The position numbers and the translations under genes were made by a program. A DNA stretch of 61,706 bases, filler included, from Basidiobolus ranarum (Eukaryota), in NCBI GenBank assembly GCA_040143965.1. It is 7 parts of 7 records of this genome, joined end to end, with 100 filler letters (N's around TTAATTAATTAA, not from the genome) between each part and the next. Parts side by side here need not be neighbours in the genome. Positions count along the whole stretch, not along the records: positions 26,514 to 35,244 come from JASJQH010007806.1; positions 35,345 to 44,069 come from JASJQH010007807.1; 5 more parts are not named here. One strand, given 5' to 3'. Shown here piece after piece: positions 26,514 through 38,841 of this stretch (the first letter of the stretch is position 1; each line of letters starts with the position of its first letter). The notes under the pieces are model-generated. The model saw nothing but the letters and a program-made list of their open reading frames with translations. It was not told where the DNA came from and did not search any database.

Positions 26514-26920
26514 CTTGGATTTTGGCAAATTTCCGTAAAGAATTCAGCCAATATATCCCCAACTTGCAGTCAACAAATGTCCTGCCACAAGTAGATGTCC
26601 AATGGATATCTCCGATCAAATATTCCTTCGCAGCCTTGGTGAAGAGTCAGTTTGATGGGCTTGTAATCCACGGTCAACCAGCGGGTCAGGAACAGCTGCG
26701 TGCTCTCTCGCTGGAAGGGGGATTCTCCATATTTGGGAATATCATGATGTTACTGGTTATTTACGTTGTTTGCATTTCACTCGCATTCTTGAGTCTCTAC
26801 AGACTAGTCAACAAAAGCAATGGTAAAGAATTCCGTTCACGTAAGGGTCTCAAGAAGGAGCTATTAGGTGAGCCTTGCGCCGAATTTCGCAACCAAAATT
26901 CCGAAACTTTGACATCATAG
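26514..26920 (+). CDS. ABCG/White-type ABC transporter, C-terminal fragment
   Basis: WISPIKYSFAALVKSQFDGL followed by a final transmembrane helix is typical of the end of the ABC2 membrane domain. The 5' end is lost at the contig edge. Confidence 0.6.
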
Positions 26921-27153
26921 ATGGATTGACAATGAAAGGAAAATTCCACCAATCATGGCCTTCTTTTTTGATTCTTCATCCTTCACTCCATTCATTTTGC
27001 CTGTTGACATTCCACCTGAATTTATTAGTCCTTTTAATGTTTAAGAATACATCACTTAATGGATACAATATCTGAACCTGGTGTTCATATGACCAATTCT
27101 CTTTAATATGATAATATACAATACATGCATACTGTCAAGCATTTGTCATATTC

Positions 27154-28500
27154 TCATACGGGATTAGAGCCCTCCTCTGATAAGGATGTGGTGGACTCTA
27201 CCAATGCAGGGTCAGTTGGCAATTGGGTGTATGTTTGACTGGATCGAGTGAGGTAGGAAAGAGTGATATATATGCATATCAATAGTAATGCAAATATCGA
27301 CCTGTTGAGCACGTCATACGTCACAATGCTAGGGTACGTTTCTATGGAAACATCGCAAATGACCTGGAACGTTTTGGAGATACCAAAGTAGGTAGAAACT
27401 GTTAAAGGATCATCACTAGATTGCCCGATGATCCATATAATATATAGGGAAAGTAGTGAGCTGTAAGCACCCAGGATTCCAAAATAGCCATTAATTTTCC
27501 CATATAATGGTGCATCTACAAGGTGGCTTAAGAGGTTCGACTTGTAGACTAAAATCCATGTTCCAAGTAAAGTGATTACTACTAAACCAAGTAATCCTCT
27601 TGTACGTCGTGTAAACCAGGTATCTAAGAAGAAACCAAAGGGGAAAAGAAAGAAGATGGAGAACAAGCCACGACATACTTCCACATAATGTAAATCTCTG
27701 GTTGCCTTTATGAGTTCTTGGCCAGTCTCACTAGAGTGGTGCATATGCCAAAGAAACATGGTTACTATGATCAATGCTCCTTCTACAGAAGAAAGATCCC
27801 GCTTGACCACAGTTAAATAATTTTTAAAAGTTCTTTTCTCCAAAGATCTTGGTTTACTCTCGTTCCAGCGGGTGACCTGTTTACTTGAAGCAATGATGAG
27901 GCTGAGTATGGTACTAAGGCCAATTCCTCCTAGGAAAACGTATGTCCAGAAGGAAACTTTGATGTTTCCTTGATTGTCAAAGGAATTCATCAAACTTTGT
28001 GGTAAAAACAAACAGGCCAATTTGACAGTGTTGACGACGGTGAAAAATAGAGCGATTACCTTACCCAGTTGCCCTTCGGTTGGATATGTGGTTAACATAG
28101 TGCCAACGGTAGTCCACAATAACGAGTTTCCAAGAGAAGAGAATAAGTAACCAAAAAGTACTATCTCCTTGTATCCAAAAAATGTATAGCTCAGGTGGCT
28201 TCCAGAATAAAGAAATAGGAAAACTCCACAATAGAGCAAGCTCTTACGAGTATCTAAGGCATGAAGTAGAATCCCACTAAATATTCCTCCAATTCCAAGC
28301 AGCAAGTGCTGCCAAAAGTACTTGTGTAAAACTGTCTCGAAATATCTCGAAAAAGTATTGTTCACTAGTTCAAGAATCAGAGTATTCTGAACATAACTTG
28401 AGTAAAGTGCTCCTAATAGAAATATTTGAATATATGGACCGCGAAGCCAAAATACTACAGCAATGGCGGCAAGAATTTTGCGTAATTTTTCCTTTAGCAT
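27154..28500 (-). CDS. UNC93-like MFS membrane protein (divergent)
   Basis: Intronless multi-TM ORF. LGNSLLWTTVGTMLTTYPTEGQLGK resembles the fungal UNC93-like motif LLW.AQG....YP.E..KG. Likely ATG at 28500. Confidence 0.65.
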   Translation of the reverse strand: MLKEKLRKILAAIAVVFWLRGPYIQIFLLGALYSSYVQNTLILELVNNTFSRYFETVLHKYFWQHLLLGIGGIFSGILLHALDTRKSLLYCGVFLFLYSGSHLSYTFFGYKEIVLFGYLFSSLGNSLLWTTVGTMLTTYPTEGQLGKVIALFFTVVNTVKLACLFLPQSLMNSFDNQGNIKVSFWTYVFLGGIGLSTILSLIIASSKQVTRWNESKPRSLEKRTFKNYLTVVKRDLSSVEGALIIVTMFLWHMHHSSETGQELIKATRDLHYVEVCRGLFSIFFLFPFGFFLDTWFTRRTRGLLGLVVITLLGTWILVYKSNLLSHLVDAPLYGKINGYFGILGAYSSLLSLYIIWIIGQSSDDPLTVSTYFGISKTFQVICDVSIETYPSIVTYDVLNRSIFALLLICIYITLSYLTRSSQTYTQLPTDPALVESTTSLSEEGSNPV

Positions 28501-29238
28501 GACCAAGAGAACAAGTACGTAAGATAAGTCAGTGTGATTAAGATATATGATAGGACGTTGAGGTGAGGGTGGCGGAAGGGAGGAGGGTAGGGGAGGGGCT
28601 AAAAAGGGGGTTCCGACCTCTTCTTTGGAAAGGTGGGACAAGCAGTTCTGCTATATCAAGCGATTATACTCTTATCAACAGGTATTTGATTTCTGTAGAA
28701 TATTTTTGAACATTCACAAAGGTTAGGAGCAGCATCATCGAAACATGCTAATCTGATCATGCTAGTACGGATTGTTGCAGCTGTCGCGCAGATATCCAGT
28801 CCCAGATCACTCATGTCAAATGCAGCAATAGGCACATAAAAATAAGCCTATGATTAATTACAAGATGGGTGAATCCAATAGCAATGTGACTATTATTGCA
28901 ACTGAGACGGATGTTCTGAATTGATGCTCGAGTTTTCTGCCCAGAAATATCCACCTACAGTCCAATTGCTTAATGCTCTGCAGAGCCAATGGTAAACAGA
29001 TCATGCTCTAGGCAAGAGGAACGTCGTCACATGGCTCCTTAGAGGGTGTAGGGTTTCTTCATTGTACAGAGACTGTGATTGAAGATATTAGGTATTTTTA
29101 TTGGATTCTCAAAATTACATGGAGTAGCAACTATTAACATTGCCTAAGAATAGAACCAATACTGACTGGCTGCGGGCCCGTGACGCTAAAACTGGGTAAG
29201 ATACAGATGGATGGGTGTTTATTCAAAACAATTGGTGC

Positions 29239-30054
29239 TTAAATGAAAAGCTGCAGGGAAATCAGGGCCATGGTCGAAATCATTCCAGCACTAAAGAGGC
29301 TACCTTCTTGGCGGGTAGCTGATGACACGCAAACAGTGCATATTGGGCCTGAACTAGGCTTGTACATCTTGAAAGCCACCTGGTACATCGCTAACCTACC
29401 AGCTTCCCAAGTAGCCTTAGGGCCACGTTCATCGAAAATTCGCAATTGGTAATCTGAGCTTTCAATCAGGGGAGCAACGGTTTGATTCCATGTGTTTGTA
29501 TCCCAAAGAAACTCAGTAGTCGTTCCCGTAAGGTTTACGGCAATTGGGAATTCGAGATTAAGACTAGGACGCACTACGTTAATATTCAAAGCTTGCGGAA
29601 GTATAGTTAAATATTTATCGTATTGCCATTTGAACTGAATACGATAGCCAATGGCAAGCATAGACGGTTGTTGGTAAACTTGCTGAGGTTCAGTTAAAGT
29701 CAAGCGACCAGGTTGTCCATCTATACTAGTAGGAGAAGGACTGGAGCTGCTACCAGAGCCAGTGGCTGACCCACTTCCCGAAGTGGCACTTGGGTTTGCA
29801 GAGATGACACTTCCCTGATTGGTAGGACTACTCGAAGGTGATGTGACAGCGTTACTGGGACTTTGATTTACCGATTGATTTGAGGTTGGAGTTGCGCTCT
29901 GTGAATTAGAGGCTAAAGGTAGAATTGTGCTTAGGGATTAGTTATGAAAGCCTGAAATGTCACGTAGTGTATACTTACTCTCTTGTGTCAAGCTTGGGGA
30001 TATACACACTAGCGTAGCTAAAGTTAATACTACAATCTTCTTGAGTGGTGCCAT
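29239..30054 (-). CDS. Secreted Ser/Thr-rich, probably GPI-anchored protein
   Basis: Signal peptide MAPLKKIVVLTLATLVCISPSLTQ and one intron (about 29914-29978). Then a Ser/Thr-rich linker, a beta-rich domain (IQFKWQY...FLWDT...YQLRIFDERG) and a hydrophobic C-terminus. Confidence 0.75.
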
Positions 30055-32579
30055 GGTCAAGGATTAGGTATAGGATGCGATGAGAAAAAGAGAAAACGAA
30101 GACAGGACAAGGCAATCGGATATAAGTGGTTGCTACTGTTGAAAACTTTAATGGAAGTAACAAAAAGCTGGGGTGGATGCTAGGTGAAGTAAAGTGCAGG
30201 ACAAATGTGAGAAGCTAGGCAAGAGAACTACAGGGAATGTGGTCGTATGTATCATATATATACGCCCCCTGAATGCTTAGCCATTGGTAAACTGAAAAGT
30301 CATATAGAGTCTATATGTACACTTCTGATAATTGATCTTACCTCCGCCACTTCTATATTTGAAACGATGGCTGCGAGAATCCCGTCAGATACATCCTCCA
30401 AATCCAATTAAATACGCCGATTTATTTATATGCTCCTGATTCTATTTACAACTCTCGGTTACAGGGATTGATTGGTGAACTCCATTTTATTTCGCCGACA
30501 TAATTAGATTGATTCATTCATAATGTGTCGTCCTATAGCAGCGTAGTTGTCTTCATGTACCTAAGACCGTAAGATTACAAATTCATTAGCGTTTCTAGGT
30601 ATTTTCTGTTGCTGGCTTGAGCCCGAGTGAACGTAGTTCCGAGAGGGTGGGCTAAATGGGACGGGACGTTGAGAATGGTGGTAGTTGATGATCCTTATCG
30701 CGCCTATCTTGATCCCAGACGTGTTGGAGCAGCGTATCTAGCTACAAGCATCTCCAGACGGCAGCGCTGCTTAGAAGTAGTATTTGAAGAGCCAGTCGCT
30801 TAAGGCGGTTAAACTTGTAGCTTGAAATGCGCCAATAGCTTGTGAGTAATTAACCAAAGCAATGTGTGTATAGGATGGAGCACTATCGGGTCATAGGACG
30901 AGTATTCGGTTCAGAATATGCTTAGGGTGCAGATTGTCTCGATAAGGTGGATTTTTCACTGATCAATGTCTCCCATTTTAGTCAGGCTTTGCTGGATTTC
31001 TGTATCGGTGAATTTCACCAGCCATCTCATTATCGCAGTGATCAGTTGTCCCGTTTGGCTGGATGGGATTCTGAGGCGAACAATTCGATTGACGAGATGA
31101 ACAATTCAAGAAAAAGTAGCGCTTGAATGGGAGATGCTTGCCGGAGGTCAATGTAACTGTCATTGTGTATAAAGGTGAAGCATTGTGTTCAGAGTTTGAC
31201 TTAGTGGCCGAGATATATTGAATTTGTAAAGCTAGTGGAAAGATCAATTATAGAAAATCTCCATGATTGAAGTGGCATTAGTGCTTTTCCTATGCTGCGA
31301 TGGGTAAATATATTCTCCGCTAATTGTGCTGTCTATGATGGCATTCCCAGCCAAGAGCGAGCTATTGAATCCCGATTTAGTTGGAGCAGGTGAGTTCCAA
31401 TAATTGACGATAGTTAACGAGATCCGACACCCTAGGCAGTTGAAGTTAACTTGGCTAACATAGAAGCGCGCGAGATAGATTATTTTACTGTATACAGAGA
31501 CCTTCAACACTAAACAGTCAGAAAGTACACTGGACACCAAGCAAAATAGCACTGGGGCCTTTTGAATCTACCAAGGCTTCCGAAGCTAACGATCAGCGGA
31601 CATGGACTGCCAAATTACAATTTCCAAGAAAGGCAGCGGCTAGGATGATGGCCGGACTATGCTTTACTCATAAAGTGCAGCTAATTTCATCGCAAGCACA
31701 GTTTAACCACCAGAGCCCTTGATAAACCATCCAAATGGGAATCGACTTTTGAGTACGTATTGGGTCTTTCAATTGCCATCATAAGGTGTTGGGTTGATAC
31801 ATAATCAAAATCAGTCTCGTGTAAATCTTGGGGAGACTCTGGTGCCACGAAATTCCCTGTATTGAAACAGTGTGCCAGACCTGTTTGAACGTTCCATTCT
31901 GAACGCCCATTTACTGTTCTATAGTATGGAATGAGTCATCTACTTCAAGCACAGTTCCCAGCCTAAATGTATCCTGGCATCCCCAGTGGCTAGATGATTC
32001 TATGTGTAAACACTAAGCATGCTATCTGAGGATGACTCAAGATATGCGCGCTTTACCTAGCTGGTGAGAAAAATCACCAGAAGTTTAATCTCCCATATGA
32101 GTGACAAGTCAGAATATGTGCTGAGTCCTTCCATCAAGCAACATAGATAATTGCATCTTTTACCGTGGATATCATTACTGAAATGTTGAATGCTTGACCA
32201 TGGAGAAAGCACGAGCAGCATGAATGATATGGACAGCTCAGAGAGTAATTGGGTGACCACTTTTGATGATGAGCATGCTGTGGTGCAAGCCAATGCTCAG
32301 CAACATGCAAAATAGAGATAATAGTATCAGGAAACGGATTTTCTGATCAAAGTGTTTCTCAGTGAAAAATGTGCTTCTTAAGATCCCCCTTCACGGCTTA
32401 TTACTATGATCCATAAATACAACCTCGGATATGTACCCCACTTATAAAAGGCATTTCCGTGAACTTAAAACCTGAGATCCCGCCACCATGTTCTCTCGGC
32501 CTTGACAGAAAGAAGATTCAGTTGAAATTCATGTCTAAGAAACTTGAGTTGCAATCACACTGTAAAGTGTCAATATAAG

Positions 32580-33050
32580 GCTCAGTTTTGAGAGCCTGTT
32601 GGAAGTGGTTTGGAGAAATAGAGAAATTGGCGGTTTTCACTTATTGAGTTGAAAGTTGACATTTATAGTTTTATCAAGTTGTAAACAAAGCAATATGTAA
32701 AATGCGTTACGAAAGATCCCAGGAACATGTGTGCAAAGTTTGGGGCTTCTAGCGCAAGTTATAAAAAAATCTCTATATCAGAGAACCTCTAAGTTGGTAA
32801 AGAAATTCTAAATAAATCCAATATCAAATAGTGGGTGATATCTTTGTGAAATATAGAACAGCTAAATACTAATCTATATATGACTATGTGGGCACTTTGA
32901 CTATACATATTTTAACCCTCTCCCTCAACTAAATAGTCATAATTTCAACACTCACCCTCAACTAAATAGTCATACAAAACCAACCCTAAGCAAGGTCAAA
33001 ATTTCTGAAATTTCTGCCTAGCAAATTGTTTGATTTACACATTATTAGGA
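32580..33050 (-). mobile_element. Copia 3' end (RNase H tail, PPT, 3' LTR) on minus strand
   Basis: Reverse complement of the family LTR (GAGCCTGTTGGAAGTGG...CAAAGTTTGGGGCTTCTAGCGCAAG). PPT complement CTCTCCCTCAACT at 32918-32930, duplicated just downstream at about 32951-32963. Confidence 0.75.
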
Positions 33051-33088
33051 TTAACATTTTTCAAACATCTATATACTCATATATAGCT

Positions 33089-35143
33089 TGTTGAAATTAG
33101 CATTGCCTAAACACCTATATAGTCATATATTGAACAATAACACTACCCTTTATTCTCAATTAAAGCATTCTCCAGAGTTCCCAGATGTGTAGATTTTTCA
33201 AACTTGCACCAGAAACCCCATACTTTGCACACATGTTTTTGGGACCTTCCTTAACACATTCTACATTCTAGCTGGCTTAAACCTTGATGGAGCTTTCAAG
33301 ATAACTTTCAACTCAATTGATCAATAAGTGAAAACCATCATATTTTCTGATTGTCCAAACCACTTCCAACAGGCTCCCAAATACTTTAACAGGTTAGGAG
33401 CCCCAAGCTTGCACTCTCTGTAATATCTACTTCTCAAATTTCATGAACTTCTCCCTCTTCTAAAAAATTGGATGGAGCCAAATGTTTTGTTTAAAAAATT
33501 AAAATAAAACACTGCTGCAAAAAAAAGACTTTGGGGCACAGTTGTATGAGAAGAAAACAATGTAAAGCCATCTGAAACCAAAGTCTGACTGCAGGTGACA
33601 GATGAACAAAGTGCTTTTAAAACAATTTGTCTTGATGTTGAAGACAATCAACTAGTTCAATGTTCAAGAGCCAAAACTGCCAAGAAGATATGGAAAGCCT
33701 TGGAAGACTTCTACCAAGCATTTTCTGCTGTAACAAGATGCTTCTAAGAAGACAATTCTTTAACTCAAAGATGATGCCAGGGGAAGATGTCAAATTACTA
33801 ATGAATGAAGCTACCATTTTGCATATGAAATGGAATCCATTGGAGTACCTACTACTGATTGGGAATTATGGTTACAGACCTGAATTACCTGCCACACAAG
33901 TTTCAGAGCCTACTAACAGTGCCAGAATCATAGACTGAAAATTTGACCTTGAATTATTAATTTGGCAGACTCCTGGATGAAGATTCACACAAATTAGGAT
34001 CCCACCATAAGAATGAACAAAATCCTTCAATAGGCTCTGGGAAACCTCCTATAAAGATCAAAAGCACTTTAAGAAGATAAGCAATACATTCCATGTTTAC
34101 CGTAAAAGAACTGGCTATTTAAGCAAGGATTGCTTTAAAAGAATTACAAAGAAGAAAAACATACTGAAGCTGGAAATATAGTTACAGAAGAAGATCACTT
34201 GTTCATATCCGATCTAACTATGACTATCAACAAGGATTCTCAGACATAATATACTGATTCTGGAGCATCCTGACATTTCATAAATCAAAAACTTTGGTTT
34301 GTGAATTGTGAAGAAATCTTAATTAGAAAGGTTTTCTTGAGAGAAGACCATACATTAAATGCCATTGGAATGGGAATAATTCAAGTCATTTAACTGGTGC
34401 TTTGGAAGAGAAAGTACATACTTTTAATGGTGTAGTACATGTTCCATATATTGCCAAGAATTTAATATCTAAATGAAAGTATATCTCAGAAAGGCTAAAA
34501 GTCAATTTTGACAAGTCAGTATGCACCATTACTGATTAAAATAGGAATTATTTAACTTTAGGAGAAAAGTATTGGAACTTATTCAAGCTACATATAGTCA
34601 AAGAGGTTTATGTGTAAATATAAGTTATATCCAGCAAGACAATATTCAATTACAGCAAAAGAGATTTGGCAATATTGGATTTGATCAATTGAGCACAATG
34701 ATCAAAGATTTCCTAATTTCTGGAATTTAAATTAATCCCCAACCAAAATGGAAATTTGTGAGGATTGTATATATGGAAAACAAGCCAGGTAGCTGTTCAA
34801 GAGCTCTAGTTTAATCAAATCTGTCAGAAAATTTGATTTGATACAACCAGATATGTGTGAACCCATGCAAAATTTATGATCATACAAATCAAACTTGGGT
34901 TTACATTATGGAAAGAGCAGAAGAAGCTCTCTGTCTTTAGAGATTTTAAAATGCATCCAGAGACTGAATTGGGAACTAAACCAAAAAAATACACACTGAC
35001 AATGGTGGAGAATATACTTCATCATTATTTCATCACTTAGAAAAGTTCATGGAAAGGAGGAAGAAACTACTGCCCCCTATTCATCTCCACAAAATGCAGT
35101 TGCTGAAAAAGCTAACAGGACTGTAATAGAAATGCCCTGATCT
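33089..35143 (+). mobile_element. Degenerate Ty1/copia 5' half (LTR, PBS, gag, protease, integrase)
   Basis: LTR 33089-33391 (TGTTGAA...TTTAACA) and mutated PBS GGTTAGGAGCCC. Then gag, DSGAS (protease), C..C.YGKQ, HTDNGGEY and TAPYSSPQNAVAEKANRT (integrase), with stops and frameshifts. Confidence 0.9.
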
Positions 35144-35244
35144 TATTGGGAAAATATGGGCTGTTTGGAGGAACTTTAGAAAAGCGGAGTGGTGAATTGC
35201 GTTGTGAGATTATTATTTATTATCCAGAAATTAATCATTTATAC
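35144..35244. repeat. Family B repeat interrupting the copia integrase
   Basis: Close match to 11628-11730. It begins immediately after the integrase core. Confidence 0.7.
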
Positions 35245-35344
35245 NNNNNNNNNNNNNNNNNNNNNNNNNNNNNNNNNNNNNNNNNNNNTTAATTAATTAA
35301 NNNNNNNNNNNNNNNNNNNNNNNNNNNNNNNNNNNNNNNNNNNN

Positions 35345-37524
35345 AGCTCCAAGATAAGGTCCCAGTTCCATTTGGTATACTCTTTCTCATTTAGAACCTG
35401 TGTATCATTCAACATATTTCTAAATTGCAAGTCATCAATCTGTTTGCCCACTCTAATTTTTGCTTGCTCTACTTGACGCTGCTCACGATTCTTTAGCTTT
35501 CCGGATCTAGATATTGATTGATGAGTTTTGTAGAAGTTGAGCTGAAAAAGACATGATTTGAAATACCTATCTGCGGCACCATTTACCGAATGCTGATCCA
35601 AGCGTCTCATATTATCGATTTGACTGAGAGCATCAGTAGCTACATGTCGAAGTTTCTCATCCCCGAAACTGGCCGCCATTTTGAACAAACGTGGCAAAGC
35701 CTATAGAGCACAGGTTGTTAGGGTTGAAAACACCGCCACAATTAATACAACACTCACTTGGATCTTGGGGCCATAAGAACCGGGTAGCAATCGATTTCCC
35801 AGTTGCAGTACTTGTGCAACTAGTATAGTAGCAATTTCGGAAGTATTTTTAGTCTCGCCTTCTATTAATTCGATAAGAATCTGGACAAATTCATTTTGAG
35901 ATGAGTATGCAAAGAACCAAACATAGCGGGGAGTACTGGGTTGTGTTACGGGTTACCTCAATTAAACCGGCGTCGACAAACATGATCAAAAGAATGGCCA
36001 AATGATGTTCTACCAGGTCTAGGCCGTCGTTAACCCTGGTGTTTCCAGAAGACTGAATGTATACTGTATAAAAATGAATGAGATTTCAAGAATAAAAAGC
36101 ATTCTCATGGAATGGATGGCATACTTTGATTCAGCTCCTTCATAGCTCTAGTCGGATTTTTGGGATATTTGAACCGAAACAATTCGAATAGCATTTCCAA
36201 TACGATTTTCTAAGAATTTCGGCATCAACCGTCTTGTTAAATACGGAGGCTTTGTAAGTGCAAAATGTAATAAAAACCTTTGTTTCCTTAAGTGGAGATT
36301 TCAGTGAAAGTATAATAGATTTGATCGCTTTCTTGTCATCCATGCATAGATAAATCAAGCCTATACATATATCAGTTTGTGGTTGCAAGTGGCTCTCATG
36401 TTAAAATAATCACACCCACCAGTCCATGATTTTAAAAATGTTGAAACAATTCGCGCATGGGATTTCAGTCTCTCTTCGTAACCCTGGACAAGGGTGTATG
36501 TGTCCGTAAAGCTAGATATAACCATCTATAGATAACAGATTGGAAGCGATTAGGAGCTTGACAATTGATATGCAAAATAGGGTATCAAGTACCTCCAAAT
36601 CAACCGCTGGTCGAATGTAAACACGAGAGTGTGGTTTGTCAACAACATAAAGTAATGTCATCACTAATGGGTCAATGATCTCTTTGGGACCATCCATCAA
36701 AGCCTGCAACACCACTCGGATACCCCCACAAGACACCACTAACTCAACATTTTGAATCACTAGGAGAGATCGAATTGCAACAATGAATCAATAAAACGCA
36801 CATCTCTTATAATCAACTCAAGAAAACTCTTACTTAGTTCGCACAGAGTTTCCAAGCAAACTAATCTTATTCTATCATCGGGTTGCTCGGCAATTGCTAT
36901 TAGTGCTCGGACTATCCCAGGCTTAATGAATTTGGATGTTTCTGGGCAGCTAAGTAGCCCTCGAGTTAATTTCAAAGCTTGCTCGCGCTCAGGATCAAAT
37001 TTTTGATCTCTCATCAACGTTCTACGCACAAATATTGATTGATAAGCGTCAAATAAACATCTTCAAATGCACAATATATTCAAGGAACTTTGTATACATG
37101 TATATAAAATAAAATACCTAATTATGAACAGGTCAACGTGTAGCTCGAGCATTATAGACGGAGAGTGAGGACTCAACAACAGGTATCGGCATAGACGGAA
37201 CCCCATCCACCGAATCTCTTTATTTTGTTCACCCAAACATAGACGTAGACTTTGAAAGGAAAGATTTACCTCATATTAGTATTGTTGCCAAACGGATGGT
37301 GACTCATCTCTTAGAAAATCCGGCTGGCTTAGTGCTGAAATATATACAAACCAAAATATTTACCTTTTCAAAACAGTCAATGTTTGGTCTTGGCTTAGCT
37401 TGCTAGCCTCATGTTTGACTAGTTCAGTTAGAACGTTTAAGTGTTCTAGCCGCTCTTGTCCAGGTATTTTCGAATCTCCAGATTTTTGTGCCAACTCTTC
37501 GAGGTTACTGTCAGCAATAGTCAT
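35345..37524 (-). CDS. RICTOR: TORC2 subunit RICTOR (Avo3/Ste20), 5' part
   Basis: RICTOR_N motifs GFRLCRYLL, EREQALKL.R, RALIAIAEQPDDRIRLVCLETLCEL, CGGIRVVLQAL, KSWTGLIYL and QVLNEKEYTKWNWDLI. Multi-exon; truncated at the contig edge. Confidence 0.92.
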
Positions 37525-38320
37525 TTGTCTTTAAAGCAAGTACAAGATGTATCTGGAACAGTAAAAACAATTTGGAATGAAATGCGGCTTGTTTGGTGTT
37601 GATGGAAATTAACGGCGAGTTAACTATTATTTCTTTCAGGACAAAATTTATGGTTTCCCTCCGAAAAATATATTCTTGTCTATTAATTATACGGGGTTTC
37701 GTAAAAGCATTCAAAAAGAGAGAGTTTACTGAGTTTGCCGAGTAGATTGGACCAATTGCTTAATACTTAGAGGAAACAAAAGCTATTTCACTATCAGTTA
37801 TCTCTTGCTCATAAGTCTACTCAACTTTTCAAGGGTCTTGTCAATGTTTAAATATACTTAACTATTCTGCTTATCTTTTATTAAAGATCTTGAGAATATT
37901 CCAAAAATTCACTCTACATGATGACGAAGACTTCAAGTACGTCTCTTCATTGCGGTTTTCGGCCTACAATTATACCTCGATCACCGAACGGCTTGAAGTA
38001 TTGAGTAGATTTTATCAAATCATATGCTTAATGATCCGCAATAATGATTAAGTATTCGTCAGATCACGCCGTCGCTTCTCAATGCCAGGTTGGTGGATAA
38101 GCATATATATAATGTCTGAATAATTTATCACATATAACCGTAATCATTATTTCCCAAAATTAATTAAATATCGTCTTGTACTTAGGTCAGATACAAGACA
38201 CTTGGCCAAAAACCAAAGCATTGAAGTAACTTTACATATCTCTACACCAAACAAAACTCTACTCGCCAAGCGCTCGATATCACCCCTGTCTTGTATCTAT
38301 ATCTGTAAACGATAGCGATC

Positions 38321-38841
38321 ATGGAATTATGTATAGATCATTCAGTGAAGAGGAAAAATCCTTTCGAAGAAGTCAGTAAATTGCGTAAAGATATGCGTAT
38401 TGAGAATGACAAAAGCGCATCCTTTGGTATAGAGCTTTCATTGTTTCATTAACAATCAATTTAACATTAACTCAATATTTAACTCTTCGCGAAATTCTAA
38501 AGGAACAATAGAAATATACGCACTAACCCCAGATCCAGTTGATCAAATTGCGAACTCAAAAGTATCGAAGGCCTCAGGTCCTACAACCACTTGTAGCCAG
38601 TGTAAAACGCTTTCACTTACTGCCAATTGCAGCTTTTGTGTGGAATTATTATGTGGCTGTTGTGGAATAAGATGTGAACGATGTGGGCTGAAATTCTGCT
38701 CTATGTGTATTATCATCAAGTTTGTACAATTAAAACACAAATACACTGTTGGTAATTGCTTACTGATAGAGACCTTTGGGCATTTCTAGATATGATGACT
38801 TATCCTCCGACTCGATCCTATGTCTAAGCTGTAAAGATTAG
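38321..38841 (+). CDS. SIVA-like Cys-rich zinc-finger protein (3 exons)
   Basis: Exons 38321-38426, 38503-38719 and 38790-38841 splice in frame to ...CSQC-x8-CSFC-x4-CGCC-x3-CERC-x4-CSMC-x14-CLSCKD*. This matches the six-CxxC spacing of the SIVA C-terminus. Absent from the ORF track. Confidence 0.7.

Noticed and set aside
30900-32500. Short ORFs of 60-100 aa
   Set aside because: No recognisable domains and no consistent splice structure.
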